A stretch of DNA of 64,000 bases from Auanema rhodensis (GCA_964057225.1 OZ059897.1:20336001-20400000), one strand, 5' to 3'. Counted from the first letter of the stretch, positions 1-11,140 are shown. Notes: generated from the sequence alone by a model not told the origin. Numbers and translations are program-made.

Positions 1-34
1 GTTTCCATGTACACTCAACATTGCTTCCAAAAAG

Positions 35-69
35 ATTTTGACAAAAATTTTTTCGAAAAATTTCAAAAT
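35..69. repeat. Imperfect A/T-rich palindrome centred on TTCGAA (every monomer)
   Basis: ATTTTG-acaa-AAA-t-TTTTTC|GAAAAA-TTT-CAAAAT. The core 49-60 is a perfect 12-bp palindrome, and the outer arms are ATTTTG/CAAAAT. Confidence 0.85.
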
Positions 70-171
70 AATTTAGCGAAAAGTAGATGTTTTTAGATTC
101 CTTTTTTCAAGGCAAAGACGATGGACAATGTTATTCAACGAAAAAATTATTTCTTCAGGGTGAAAATCGAG

Positions 172-193
172 GATATAAGTGTGAACTTATATC
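172..193. repeat. Perfect 9-bp inverted repeat with 4-nt loop (most monomers)
   Basis: GATATAAGT (172-180) - GTGA - ACTTATATC (185-193). Confidence 0.92.
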
Positions 194-202
194 AGTTGAT
201 AT
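189..202. repeat. 6-bp inverted repeat with 2-nt spacer, overlapping the preceding dyad
   Basis: ATATCA (189-194) - GT - TGATAT (197-202). Confidence 0.75.
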
Positions 203-203
203 C

Positions 204-270
204 TCGGTGCATTTTTAAGCTAGCGCAAATCTGATAACACAGATCGACGCAGCTTAAAAATCCGCATCGA
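204..270. repeat. Long imperfect inverted repeat (potential hairpin/cruciform)
   Basis: ATTTTTAAGCT (211-221) / AGCTTAAAAAT (251-261) is a perfect 11-bp pair. Inner pairs are GCG/CGC and ATCTG (229-233)/CAGAT (240-244) around the loop ATAACA. The outer pair TCGGTGC (204-210)/GCATCGA (264-270) has one G-T pair and a CC bulge. Confidence 0.9.
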
Positions 271-344
271 ATGCACTATACTACATTGAGAAACGCTTAA
301 TACAAAAATTAGTTATGATCGTTTGAAAAATGATGCATTAGTGT

Positions 345-372
345 ATGTTGAGTTTCCATGTACACTCAACAT
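345..372. repeat. Perfect 9-bp inverted repeat with 10-nt loop, spanning the arbitrary monomer junction
   Basis: ATGTTGAGT (345-353) - TTCCATGTAC - ACTCAACAT (364-372). Confidence 0.9.
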
Positions 373-3300
373 TGCTTCCGAAAACATTTTGACAAAAATT
401 TTTTCGAAAAATTTCAAAATAATTTAGCAAAAAGTAGATGTTTTTAGATTCCTTTTTTCAAGGCGAAGACGATGGACAATGTTATTCAACGAAAAAATTA
501 ATTCTTCAGGGTGAAAATCGAGGATATAAGTGTGAACTTATATCAGTTGATATCTCGGTACATTTTTAAGCTAGCGCAAATCTGATAACACAGATCGACG
601 CAGCTTAAAAATCCGCATCGAATGCACTATACTACATGGAAGAACGCTTAATACAAAAATTAGTTATGATCGTTTGAAAAATGATGCATTAGTGTATGTT
701 GAGTTTCCATGTACACTCAACATTGCTTCCAAAAACATTTTGACAAAAATTTTTTCGAAAAATTTCAAAATAATTTAGCAAAAAGTAGATGTTTTTAGAT
801 TCCTTTTTTCAAGGCAAAGACGATGGACAATGTTATTCAACGAAAAAATTAATTCTTCAGGGTGAAAATCGAGGATATAAGTGTGAACTTATATCAGTTG
901 ATATCTCGGTGCATTTTTAAGCTAGCGCAAATCTGATAACACAGATCGACGCAGCTTAAAAATCCGCATCGAATGCACTATACTACATGGAAGAACGCTT
1001 AATACAAAAATTAGTTATGATCGTTTGAAAAATGATGCATTAGTGTATGTTGAGTTTCCATGTACACTCAACATTGCTTCCAAAAACATTTTGACAAAAA
1101 TTTTTTCGAAAAATTTCAAAATAATTTAGCAAAAAGTAGATGTTTTTAGATTCCTTTTTTCAAGGCAAAGACGATGGACAATGTTATTCAACGAAAAAAT
1201 TATTTCTTCAGGGTGAAAATCGAGGATATAAGTGTGAACTTATATCAAATGATATCTCGGTGCATTTTTAAGCTAGCGCAAATCTGATAACACAGATCGA
1301 CGCAGCTTAAAAATCCGCATCGAATGCACTATACTACATTGAGAAACGCTTAATACAAAAATTAGTTATGATCGTTTGAAAAATGATGCATTAGTGTATG
1401 TTGAGTTTCCATGTACACTCAACATTGCTTCCAAAAACATTTTGACAAAAATTTTTTCGAAAAATTTCAAAATAATTTAGCAAAAAGTAGATGTTTTTAG
1501 ATTCCTTTTTTCAAGGCAAAGACGATGGACGATGTTATTCAACGAAAAAATTAATTCTTCAGGGTGAAAATCGAGGATATAAGTGTGAACTTATATCAGT
1601 TGATATCTCGGTGCATTTTTAAGCTAGCGCAAATCTGATAACACAGATCGACGCAGCTCAAAAATCCGTACGAATGCACTATACTATATTGAGAAACGCT
1701 TAATACAAAAATTAGTTATGATCGTTTGAAAAATGATGCATTAGTGTATGTTGAGTTTCCATGTACACTCAACATTGCTTCCAAAAACATTTTGACAAAA
1801 ATTTTTTCGAAAAATTTCAAAATAATTTAGCAAAAAGTAGATGTTTTTAGATTCCTTTTTTTAAGGCGAAGACGATGGACGATGTTATTCAACGAAAAAA
1901 TTAATTCTTCAGGGTGAAAATCGAGGATATAAGTGTGAACTTATATCAGTTGATATCTCGGTGCATTTTTAAGCTAGCGCAAATCTGATAACACAGATCG
2001 ACGCAGCTTAAAAATCCGCATCGAATGCACTATACTACATGGAAGAACGCTTAATACAAAAATTAGTTATGATCGTTTGAAAAATGATGCATTAGTGTAT
2101 GTTGAGTTTCCATGTACACTCAACATTGCTTCCAAAAAGATTTTGACAAAAATTTTTTCGAAAAATTTCAAAATAATTTAGCGAAAAGTAGATGTTTTTA
2201 GATTCCTTTTTTCAAGGCAAAGACGATGGACAATGTTATTCAACGAAAAAATTATTTCTTCAGGGTGAAAATCGAGGATATAAGTGTGAACTTATATCAG
2301 TTGATATCTCGGTGCATTTTTAAGCTAGCGCAAATCTGATAACACAGATCGACGCAGCTTAAAAATCCGCATCGAATGCACTATACTACATTAAGAAACG
2401 CTTAATACAAAAATTAGTTATGATCGTTTGAAAAATGATGCATTAGTGTATGTTGAGTTTCCATGTACACTCAACATTGCTTCCAAAAACATTTTGACAA
2501 AAATTTTTTCGAAAAATTTCAAAATAATTTAGCAAAAAGTAGATGTTTTTAGATTCCTTTTTTTAAGGCAAAGACGATGGACGATGTTATTCAACGAAAA
2601 AATTAATTCTTCAGGGTGAAAATCGAGGATATAAGTGTGAACTTATATCAGTTGATATCTCGGTGCATTTTTAAGCTAGCGCAAATCTGATAACACAGAT
2701 CGACGCAGCTTAAAAATCCGCATCGAATGCACTATACTACATGGAAGAACGCTTAATACAAAAATTAGTTATGATCGTTTGAAAAATGATGCATTAGTGT
2801 ATGTTGAGTTTCCATGTACACTCAACATTGCTTCCAAAAACATTTTGACAAAAATTTTTTCGAAAAATTTCAAAATAATTTAGCAAAAAGTAGATGTTTT
2901 TAGATTCCTTTTTTCAAGGCAAAGACGATGGACGATGTTATTCAACGAAAAAATTAATTCTTCAGGGTGAAAATCGAGGATATAAGTGTGAACTTATATC
3001 AGTTGATATCTCGGTGCATTTTTAAGCTAGCGCAAATCTGATAACACAGATCGACGCAGCTCAAAAATCCGTACGAATGCACTATACTATATTGAGAAAC
3101 GCTTAATACAAAAATTAGTTATGATCGTTTGAAAAATGATGCATTAGTGTATGTTGAGTTTCCATGTACACTCAACATTGCTTCCAAAAACATTTTGACA
3201 AAAATTTTTTCGAAAAATTTCAAAATAATTAAGCAAAAAGTAGATGTTTTTAGATTCCTTTTTTCAAGGCAAAGACGATGGACAATGTTATTCAACGAAA

Positions 3301-6300
3301 AAATTAATTCTTCAGGGTGAAAATCGAGGATATAAGTGTGAACTTATATCAGTTGATATCTCGGTACATTTTTAAGCTAGCGCAAATCTGATAACACAGA
3401 TCGACGCAGCTTAAAAATCCGCATCGAATGCACTATACTACATGGAAGAACGCTTAATACAAAAATTAGTTATGATCGTTTGAAAAATGATGCATTAGTG
3501 TATGTTGAGTTTCCATGTACACTCAACATTGCTTCCAAAAACATTTTGACAAAAATTTTTTCGAAAAATTTCAAAATAATTTAGCAAAAAGTAGATGTTT
3601 TTAGATTTCTTTTTTCAAGGCAAAGACGATGGACAATGTTATTCAACGAAAAAATTAATTCTTCAGGGTGAAAATCGAGGATATAAGTGTGAACTTATAT
3701 CAGTTGATATCTCGGTGCATTTTTAAGCTAGCGCAAATCTGATAACACAGATCGACGCAGCTCAAAAATCCGTACGAATGCACTATACTACATTGAGAAA
3801 CGCTTAATACAAAAATTAGTTAAGATCGTTTGAAAAATGATGCATTAGTGTATGTTGAGTTTCCATGTACACTCAACATTGCTTCCAAAAACATTTTGAC
3901 AAAAATTTTTTCGAAAAATTTCAAAATAATTAAGCAAAAAGTAGATGTTTTTAGATTCCTTTTTTCAAGGCAAAGACGATGGACAATGTTATTCAACGAA
4001 AAAATTAATTCTTCAGGGTGAAAATCGAGGATATAAGTGTGAACTTATATCAGTTGATATCTCGGTACATTTTTAAGCTAGCGCAAATCTGATAACACAG
4101 ATCGACGCAGCTTAAAAATCCGCATCGAATGCACTATACTACATGGAAGAACGCTTAATACAAAAATTAGTTATGATCGTTTGAAAAATGATGCATTAGT
4201 GTATGTTGAGTTTCCATGTACACTCAACATTGCTTCCAAAAACATTTTGACAAAAATTTTTTCGAAAAATTTCAAAATAATTTAGCAAAAAGTAGATGTT
4301 TTTAGATTTCTTTTTTCAAGGCAAAGACGATGGACAATGTTATTCAACGAAAAAATTATTTCTTCAGGGTGAAAATCGAGGATATAAGTGTAAACTTATA
4401 TCAGTTGATATCTCGGTGCATTTTTAAGCTAGCGCAAATCTGATAACACAGATCGACGCAGCTTAAAAATCCGCATCGAATGCACTATACTACATTGAGA
4501 AACGCTTAATACAAAAATTAGTTATGATCGTTTGAAAAATGATGCATTAGTGTATGTTGAGTTTCCATGTACACTCAACATTGCTTCCAAAAAGATTTTG
4601 ACAAAAATTTTTTCGAAAAATTTCAAAATAATTTAGCGAAAAGTAGATGTTTTTAGATTCCTTTTTTCAAGGCAAAGACGATGGACAATGTTATTCAACG
4701 AAAAAATTATTTCTTCAGGGTGAAAATCGAGGATATAAGTGTGAACTTATATCAGTTGATATCTCGGTGCATTTTTAAGCTAGCGCAAATCTGATAACAC
4801 AGATCGACGCAGCTTAAAAATCCGCATCGAATGCACTATACTACATTGAGAAACGCTTAATACAAAAATTAGTTATGATCGTTTGAAAAATGATGCATTA
4901 GTGTATGTTGAGTTTCCATGTACACTCAACATTGCTTCCGAAAACATTTTGACAAAAATTTTTTCGAAAAATTCAAAATAATTTAGCAAAAAGTAGATGT
5001 TTTTAGATTCCTTTTTTCAAGGCGAAGACGATGGACAATGTTATTCAACGAAAAAATTAATTCTTCAGGGTGAAAATCGAGGATATAAGTGTGAACTTAT
5101 ATCAGTTGATATCTCGGTACATTTTTAAGCTAGCGCAAATCTGATAACACAGATCGACGCAGCTTAAAAATCCGCATCGAATGCACTATACTACATGGAA
5201 GAACGCTTAATACAAAAATTAGTTATGATCGTTTGAAAAATGATGCATTAGTGTATGTTGAGTTTCCATGTACACTCAACATTGCTTCCAAAAACATTTT
5301 GACAAAAATTTTTTCGAAAAATTTCAAAATAATTTAGCAAAAAGTAGATGTTTTTAGATTCCTTTTTTCAAGGCAAAGACGATGGACGATGTTATTCAAC
5401 GAAAAAATTAATTCTTCAGGGTGAAAATCGAGGATATAAGTGTGAACTTATATCAGTTGATATCTCGGTGCATTTTTAAGCTAGCGCAAATCTGATAACA
5501 CAGATCGACGCAGCTTAAAAATCCGCATCGAATGCACTATACTACATGGAAGAACGCTTAATACAAAAATTAGTTATGATCGTTTGAAAAATGATGCATT
5601 AGTGTATGTTGAGTTTCCATGTACACTCAACATTGCTTCCAAAAACATTTTGACAAAAATTTTTTCGAAAAATTTCAAAATAATTTAGCAAAAAGTAGAT
5701 GTTTTTAGATTCCTTTTTTCAAGGCAAAGACGATGGACAATGTTATTCAACGAAAAAATTATTTCTTCAGGGTGAAAATCGAGGATATAAGTGTGAACTT
5801 ATATCAAATGATATCTCGGTGCATTTTTAAGCTAGCGCAAATCTGATAACACAGATCGACGCAGCTTAAAAATCCGCATCGAATGCACTATACTACATTG
5901 AGAAACGCTTAATACAAAAATTAGTTATGATCGTTTGAAAAATGATGCATTAGTGTATGTTGAGTTTCCATGTACACTCAACATTGCTTCCAAAAACATT
6001 TTGACAAAAATTTTTTCGAAAAATTTCAAAATAATTTAGCAAAAAGTAGATGTTTTTAGATTCCTTTTTTCAAGGCAAAGACGATGGACGATGTTATTCA
6101 ACGAAAAAATTAATTCTTCAGGGTGAAAATCGAGGATATAAGTGTGAACTTATATCAGTTGATATCTCGGTGCATTTTTAAGCTAGCGCAAATCTGATAA
6201 CACAGATCGACGCAGCTCAAAAATCCGTACGAATGCACTATACTATATTGAGAAACGCTTAATACAAAAATTAGTTATGATCGTTTGAAAAATGATGCAT

Positions 6301-9300
6301 TAGTGTATGTTGAGTTTCCATGTACACTCAACATTGCTTCCAAAAACATTTTGACAAAAATTTTTTCGAAAAATTTCAAAATAATTTAGCAAAAAGTAGA
6401 TGTTTTTAGATTCCTTTTTTTAAGGCGAAGACGATGGACGATGTTATTCAACGAAAAAATTAATTCTTCAGGGTGAAAATCGAGGATATAAGTGTGAACT
6501 TATATCAGTTGATATCTCGGTGCATTTTTAAGCTAGCGCAAATCTGATAACACAGATCGACGCAGCTTAAAAATCCGCATCGAATGCACTATACTACATG
6601 GAAGAACGCTTAATACAAAAATTAGTTATGATCGTTTGAAAAATGATGCATTAGTGTATGTTGAGTTTCCATGTACACTCAACATTGCTTCCAAAAAGAT
6701 TTTGACAAAAATTTTTTCGAAAAATTTCAAAATAATTTAGCGAAAAGTAGATGTTTTTAGATTCCTTTTTTCAAGGCAAAGACGATGGACAATGTTATTC
6801 AACGAAAAAATTATTTCTTCAGGGTGAAAATCGAGGATATAAGTGTGAACTTATATCAGTTGATATCTCGGTGCATTTTTAAGCTAGCGCAAATCTGATA
6901 ACACAGATCGACGCAGCTTAAAAATCCGCATCGAATGCACTATACTACATTAAGAAACGCTTAATACAAAAATTAGTTATGATCGTTTGAAAAATGATGC
7001 ATTAGTGTATGTTGAGTTTCCATGTACACTCAACATTGCTTCCAAAAACATTTTGACAAAAATTTTTTCGAAAAATTTCAAAATAATTTAGCAAAAAGTA
7101 GATGTTTTTAGATTCCTTTTTTTAAGGCAAAGACGATGGACGATGTTATTCAACGAAAAAATTAATTCTTCAGGGTGAAAATCGAGGATATAAGTGTGAA
7201 CTTATATCAGTTGATATCTCGGTGCATTTTTAAGCTAGCGCAAATCTGATAACACAGATCGACGCAGCTTAAAAATCCGCATCGAATGCACTATACTACA
7301 TGGAAGAACGCTTAATACAAAAATTAGTTATGATCGTTTGAAAAATGATGCATTAGTGTATGTTGAGTTTCCATGTACACTCAACATTGCTTCCAAAAAC
7401 ATTTTGACAAAAATTTTTTCGAAAAATTTCAAAATAATTTAGCAAAAAGTAGATGTTTTTAGATTCCTTTTTTCAAGGCAAAGACGATGGACAATGTTAT
7501 TCTACGAAAAAATTATTTCTTCAGGGTGAAAATCGAGGATATAAGTGTGAACTTATATCAGTTGATATCTCGGTGCATTTTTAAGCTAGCGCAAATCTGA
7601 TAACACAGATCGACGCAGCTTAAAAATCCGCATCGAATGCACTATACTACATTGAGAAACGCTTAATACAAAAATTAGTTATGATCGTTTGAAAAATGAT
7701 GCATTAGTGTATGTTGAGTTTCCATGTACACTCAACATTGCTTCCAAAAACATTTTGACAAAAATTTTTTCGAAAAATTTCAAAATAATTTAGCAAAAAG
7801 TAGATGTTTTTAGATTCCTTTTTTCAAGGCAAAGACGATGGACGATGTTATTCAACGAAAAAATTAATTCTTCAGGGTGAAAATCGAGGATATAAGTGTG
7901 AACTTATATCAGTTGATATCTCGGTGCATTTTTAAGCTAGCGCAAATCTGATAACACAGATCGACGCAGCTTAAAAATCCGCATCGAATGCACTATACTA
8001 TATTGAGAAACGCTAAATACAAAAATTAGTTATGATCGTTTGAAAAATGATGCATTAGTGTATGTTGAGTTTCCATGTACACTCAACATTGCTTCCAAAA
8101 ACATTTTGACAAAAATTTTTTCGAAAAATTTCAAAATAATTAAGCAAAAAGTAGATGTTTTTAGATTCCTTTTTTCAAGGCAAAGACGATGGACAATGTT
8201 ATTCAACGAAAAAATTAATTCTTCAGGGTGAAAATCGAGGATATAAGTGTGAACTTATATCAGTTGATATCTCGGTACATTTTTAAGCTAGCGCAAATCT
8301 GATAACACAGATCGACGCAGCTTAAAAATCCGCATCGAATGCACTATACTACATGGAAGAACGCTTAATACAAAAATTAGTTATGATCGTTTGAAAAATG
8401 ATGCATTAGTGTATGTTGAGTTTCCATGTACACTCAACATTGCTTCCAAAAACATTTTGACAAAAATTTTTTCGAAAAATTTCAAAATAATTTAGCAAAA
8501 AGTAGATGTTTTTAGATTTCTTTTTTCAAGGCAAAGACGATGGACAATGTTATTCAACGAAAAAATTATTTCTTCAGGGTGAAAATCGAGGATATAAGTG
8601 TAAACTTATATCAGTTGATATCTCGGTGCATTTTTAAGCTAGCGCAAATCTGATAACACAGATCGACGCAGCTTAAAAATCCGCATCGAATGCACTATAC
8701 TACATTGAGAAACGCTTAATACAAAAATTAGTTATGATCGTTTGAAAAATGATGCATTAGTGTATGTTGAGTTTCCATGTACACTCAACATTGCTTCCAA
8801 AAAGATTTTGACAAAAATTTTTTCGAAAAATTTCAAAATAATTTAGCGAAAAGTAGATGTTTTTAGATTCCTTTTTTCAAGGCAAAGACGATGGACAATG
8901 TTATTCAACGAAAAAATTATTTCTTCAGGGTGAAAATCGAGGATATAAGTGTGAACTTATATCAGTTGATATCTCGGTGCATTTTTAAGCTAGCGCAAAT
9001 CTGATAACACAGATCGACGCAGCTTAAAAATCCGCATCGAATGCACTATACTACATTGAGAAACGCTTAATACAAAAATTAGTTATGATCGTTTGAAAAA
9101 TGATGCGTTAGTGTATGTTGAGTTTCCATGTACACTCAACATTGCTTCCGAAAACATTTTGACAAAAATTTTTTCGAAAAATTTCAAAATAATTTAGCAA
9201 AAAGTAGATGTTTTTAGATTCCTTTTTTCAAGGCGAAGACGATGGACAATGTTATTCAACGAAAAAATTAATTCTTCAGGGTGAAAATCGAGGATATAAG

Positions 9301-10525
9301 TGTGAACTTATATCAGTTGATATCTCGGTACATTTTTAAGCTAGCGCAAATCTGATAACACAGATCGACGCAGCTTAAAAATCCGCATCGAATGCACTAT
9401 ACTACATGGAAGAACGCTTAATACAAAAATTAGTTATGATCGTTTGAAAAATGATGCATTAGTGTATGTTGAGTTTCCATGTACACTCAACATTGCTTCC
9501 AAAAACATTTTGACAAAAATTTTTTCGAAAAATTTCAAAATAATTTAGCAAAAAGTAGATGTTTTTAGATTCCTTTTTTCAAGGCAAAGACGATGGACGA
9601 TGTTATTCAACGAAAAAATTAATTCTTCAGGGTGAAAATCGAGGATATAAGTGTGAACTTATATCAGTTGATATCTCGGTGCATTTTTAAGCTAGCGCAA
9701 ATCTGATAACACAGATCGACGCAGCTTAAAAATCCGCATCGAATGCACTATACTACATGGAAGAACGCTTAATACAAAAATTAGTTATGATCGTTTGAAA
9801 AATGATGCATTAGTGTATGTTGAGTTTCCATGTACACTCAACATTGCTTCCAAAAAGATTTTGACAAAAATTTTTTCGAAAAATTTCAAAATAATTTAGC
9901 GAAAAGTAGATGTTTTTAGATTCCTTTTTTCAAGGCAAAGACGATGGACAATGTTATTCAACGAAAAAATTATTTCTTCAGGGTGAAAATCGAGGATATA
10001 AGTGTGAACTTATATCAGTTGATATCTCGGTGCATTTTTAAGCTAGCGCAAATCTGATAACACAGATCGACGCAGCTTAAAAATCCGCATCGAATGCACT
10101 ATACTACATTGAGAAACGCTTAATACAAAAATTAGTTATGATCGTTTGAAAAATGATGCGTTAGTGTATGTTGAGTTTCCATGTACACTCAACATTGCTT
10201 CCAAAAACATTTTGACAAAAATTTTTTCGAAAAATTTCAAAATAATTTAGCAAAAAGTAGATGTTTTTAGATTCCTTTTTTCAAGGCAAAGACGATGGAC
10301 GATGTTATTCAACGAAAAAATTAATTCTTCAGGGTGAAAATCGAGGATATAAGTGTGAACTTATATCAAATGATATCTCGGTGCATTTTTAAGCTAGCGC
10401 AAATCTGATAACACAGATCGACGCAGCTTAAAAATCCGCATCGAATGCACTATACTACATTGAGAAACGCTTAATACAAAAATTAGTTATGATCGTTTGA
10501 AAAATGATGCATTAGTGTATGTTGA

Positions 10526-10789
10526 GTTTCCATGTACACTCAACATTGCTTCCAAAAACATTTTGACAAAAATTTTTTCGAAAAATTTCAAAATAATTTA
10601 GCAAAAAGTAGATGTTTTTAGATTCCTTTTTTCAAGGCAAAGACGATGGACGATGTTATTCAACGAAAAAATTAATTCTTCAGGGTGAAAATTCAAAAAT
10701 CCGTACGAATGCACTATACTATATTGAGAAACGCTTAATACAAAAATTAGTTATGATCGTTTGAAAAATGATGCATTAGTGTATGTTGA
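10526..10789. repeat. Truncated 264-bp monomer (M31) with an internal 86-bp deletion
   Basis: Junction GGGTGAAAAT|TCAAAAATCCGTACG at 10692/10693. Monomer positions 168-253 are missing from a 350-bp CCGTACG-type copy. Confidence 0.95.
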
Positions 10790-11140
10790 GTTTCCATGTA
10801 CACTCAACATTGCTTCCAAAAACATTTTGACAAAAATTTTTTCGAAAAATTTCAAAATAATTAAGCAAAAAGTAGATGTTTTTAGATTCCTTTTTTCAAG
10901 GCAAAGACGATGGACAATGTTATTCAACGAAAAAATTAATTCTTCAGGGTGAAAATCGAGGATATAAGTGTGAACTTATATCAGTTGATATCTCGGTACA
11001 TTTTTAAGCTAGCGCAAATCTGATAACACAGATCGACGCAGCTTAAAAATCCGCATCGAATGCACTATACTACATGGAAGAACGCTTAATACAAAAATTA
11101 GTTATGATCGTTTGAAAAATGATGCATTAGTGTATGTTGA

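Larger units (their letters stand above)
1..351 (+). repeat. Representative monomer (M1); phase is arbitrary
   Basis: 52 C and 59 G in 351 bp. It has many A/T tracts and single BsrGI (TGTACA 8-13), BstBI (TTCGAA 52-57), EcoRV (GATATC 198-203), NheI (GCTAGC 219-224) and NsiI (ATGCAT 333-338) sites. Confidence 0.98.
1..7366. repeat. Higher-order duplication with 13-monomer (4560-bp) offset: M1-M8 (1-2807) = M14-M21 (4561-7366)
   Basis: The diagnostic variants recur in the same order: C34G+A78G; A29G+A114G+G209A; GT195-196AA; T255C+CCGTACG; C108T+A114G. The only differences I saw are position 127 in M3/M16 and a 1-bp T loss in M15. Confidence 0.85.

Noticed and set aside
172-216. Hairpins as intrinsic terminators and TATA-like words as promoters
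   Set aside because: The stems are AT-rich with no adjacent U-tract, there is no gene context, and such words are expected in AT-rich repeats.
43-271. CENP-B box (TTCGNNNNANNCGGG)
   Set aside because: The TTCG/CGAA words at 52-57, 139-142 and 268-271 lack the CGGG/CCCG half at the required spacing.
1-351. Tandem 5S rRNA, tRNA, snRNA or spliced-leader RNA gene array
   Set aside because: I recognise no 5S sequence, tRNA cloverleaf, A/B boxes or SL exon, and the unit is ~68% AT. An Rfam/Infernal scan would be the formal test.
1-351. Assignment to a named satellite family or taxon (e.g. ~350-360-bp beetle or Drosophila satellites)
   Set aside because: Only size and AT content match, and I cannot confirm sequence homology without a database search.
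4971-4974. 1-bp T loss in M15 (and the similar one in M148 at 51607-51611)
   Set aside because: These are singleton homopolymer indels. The M15 loss is absent from its sister copies M2 and M27, and both could be consensus errors.
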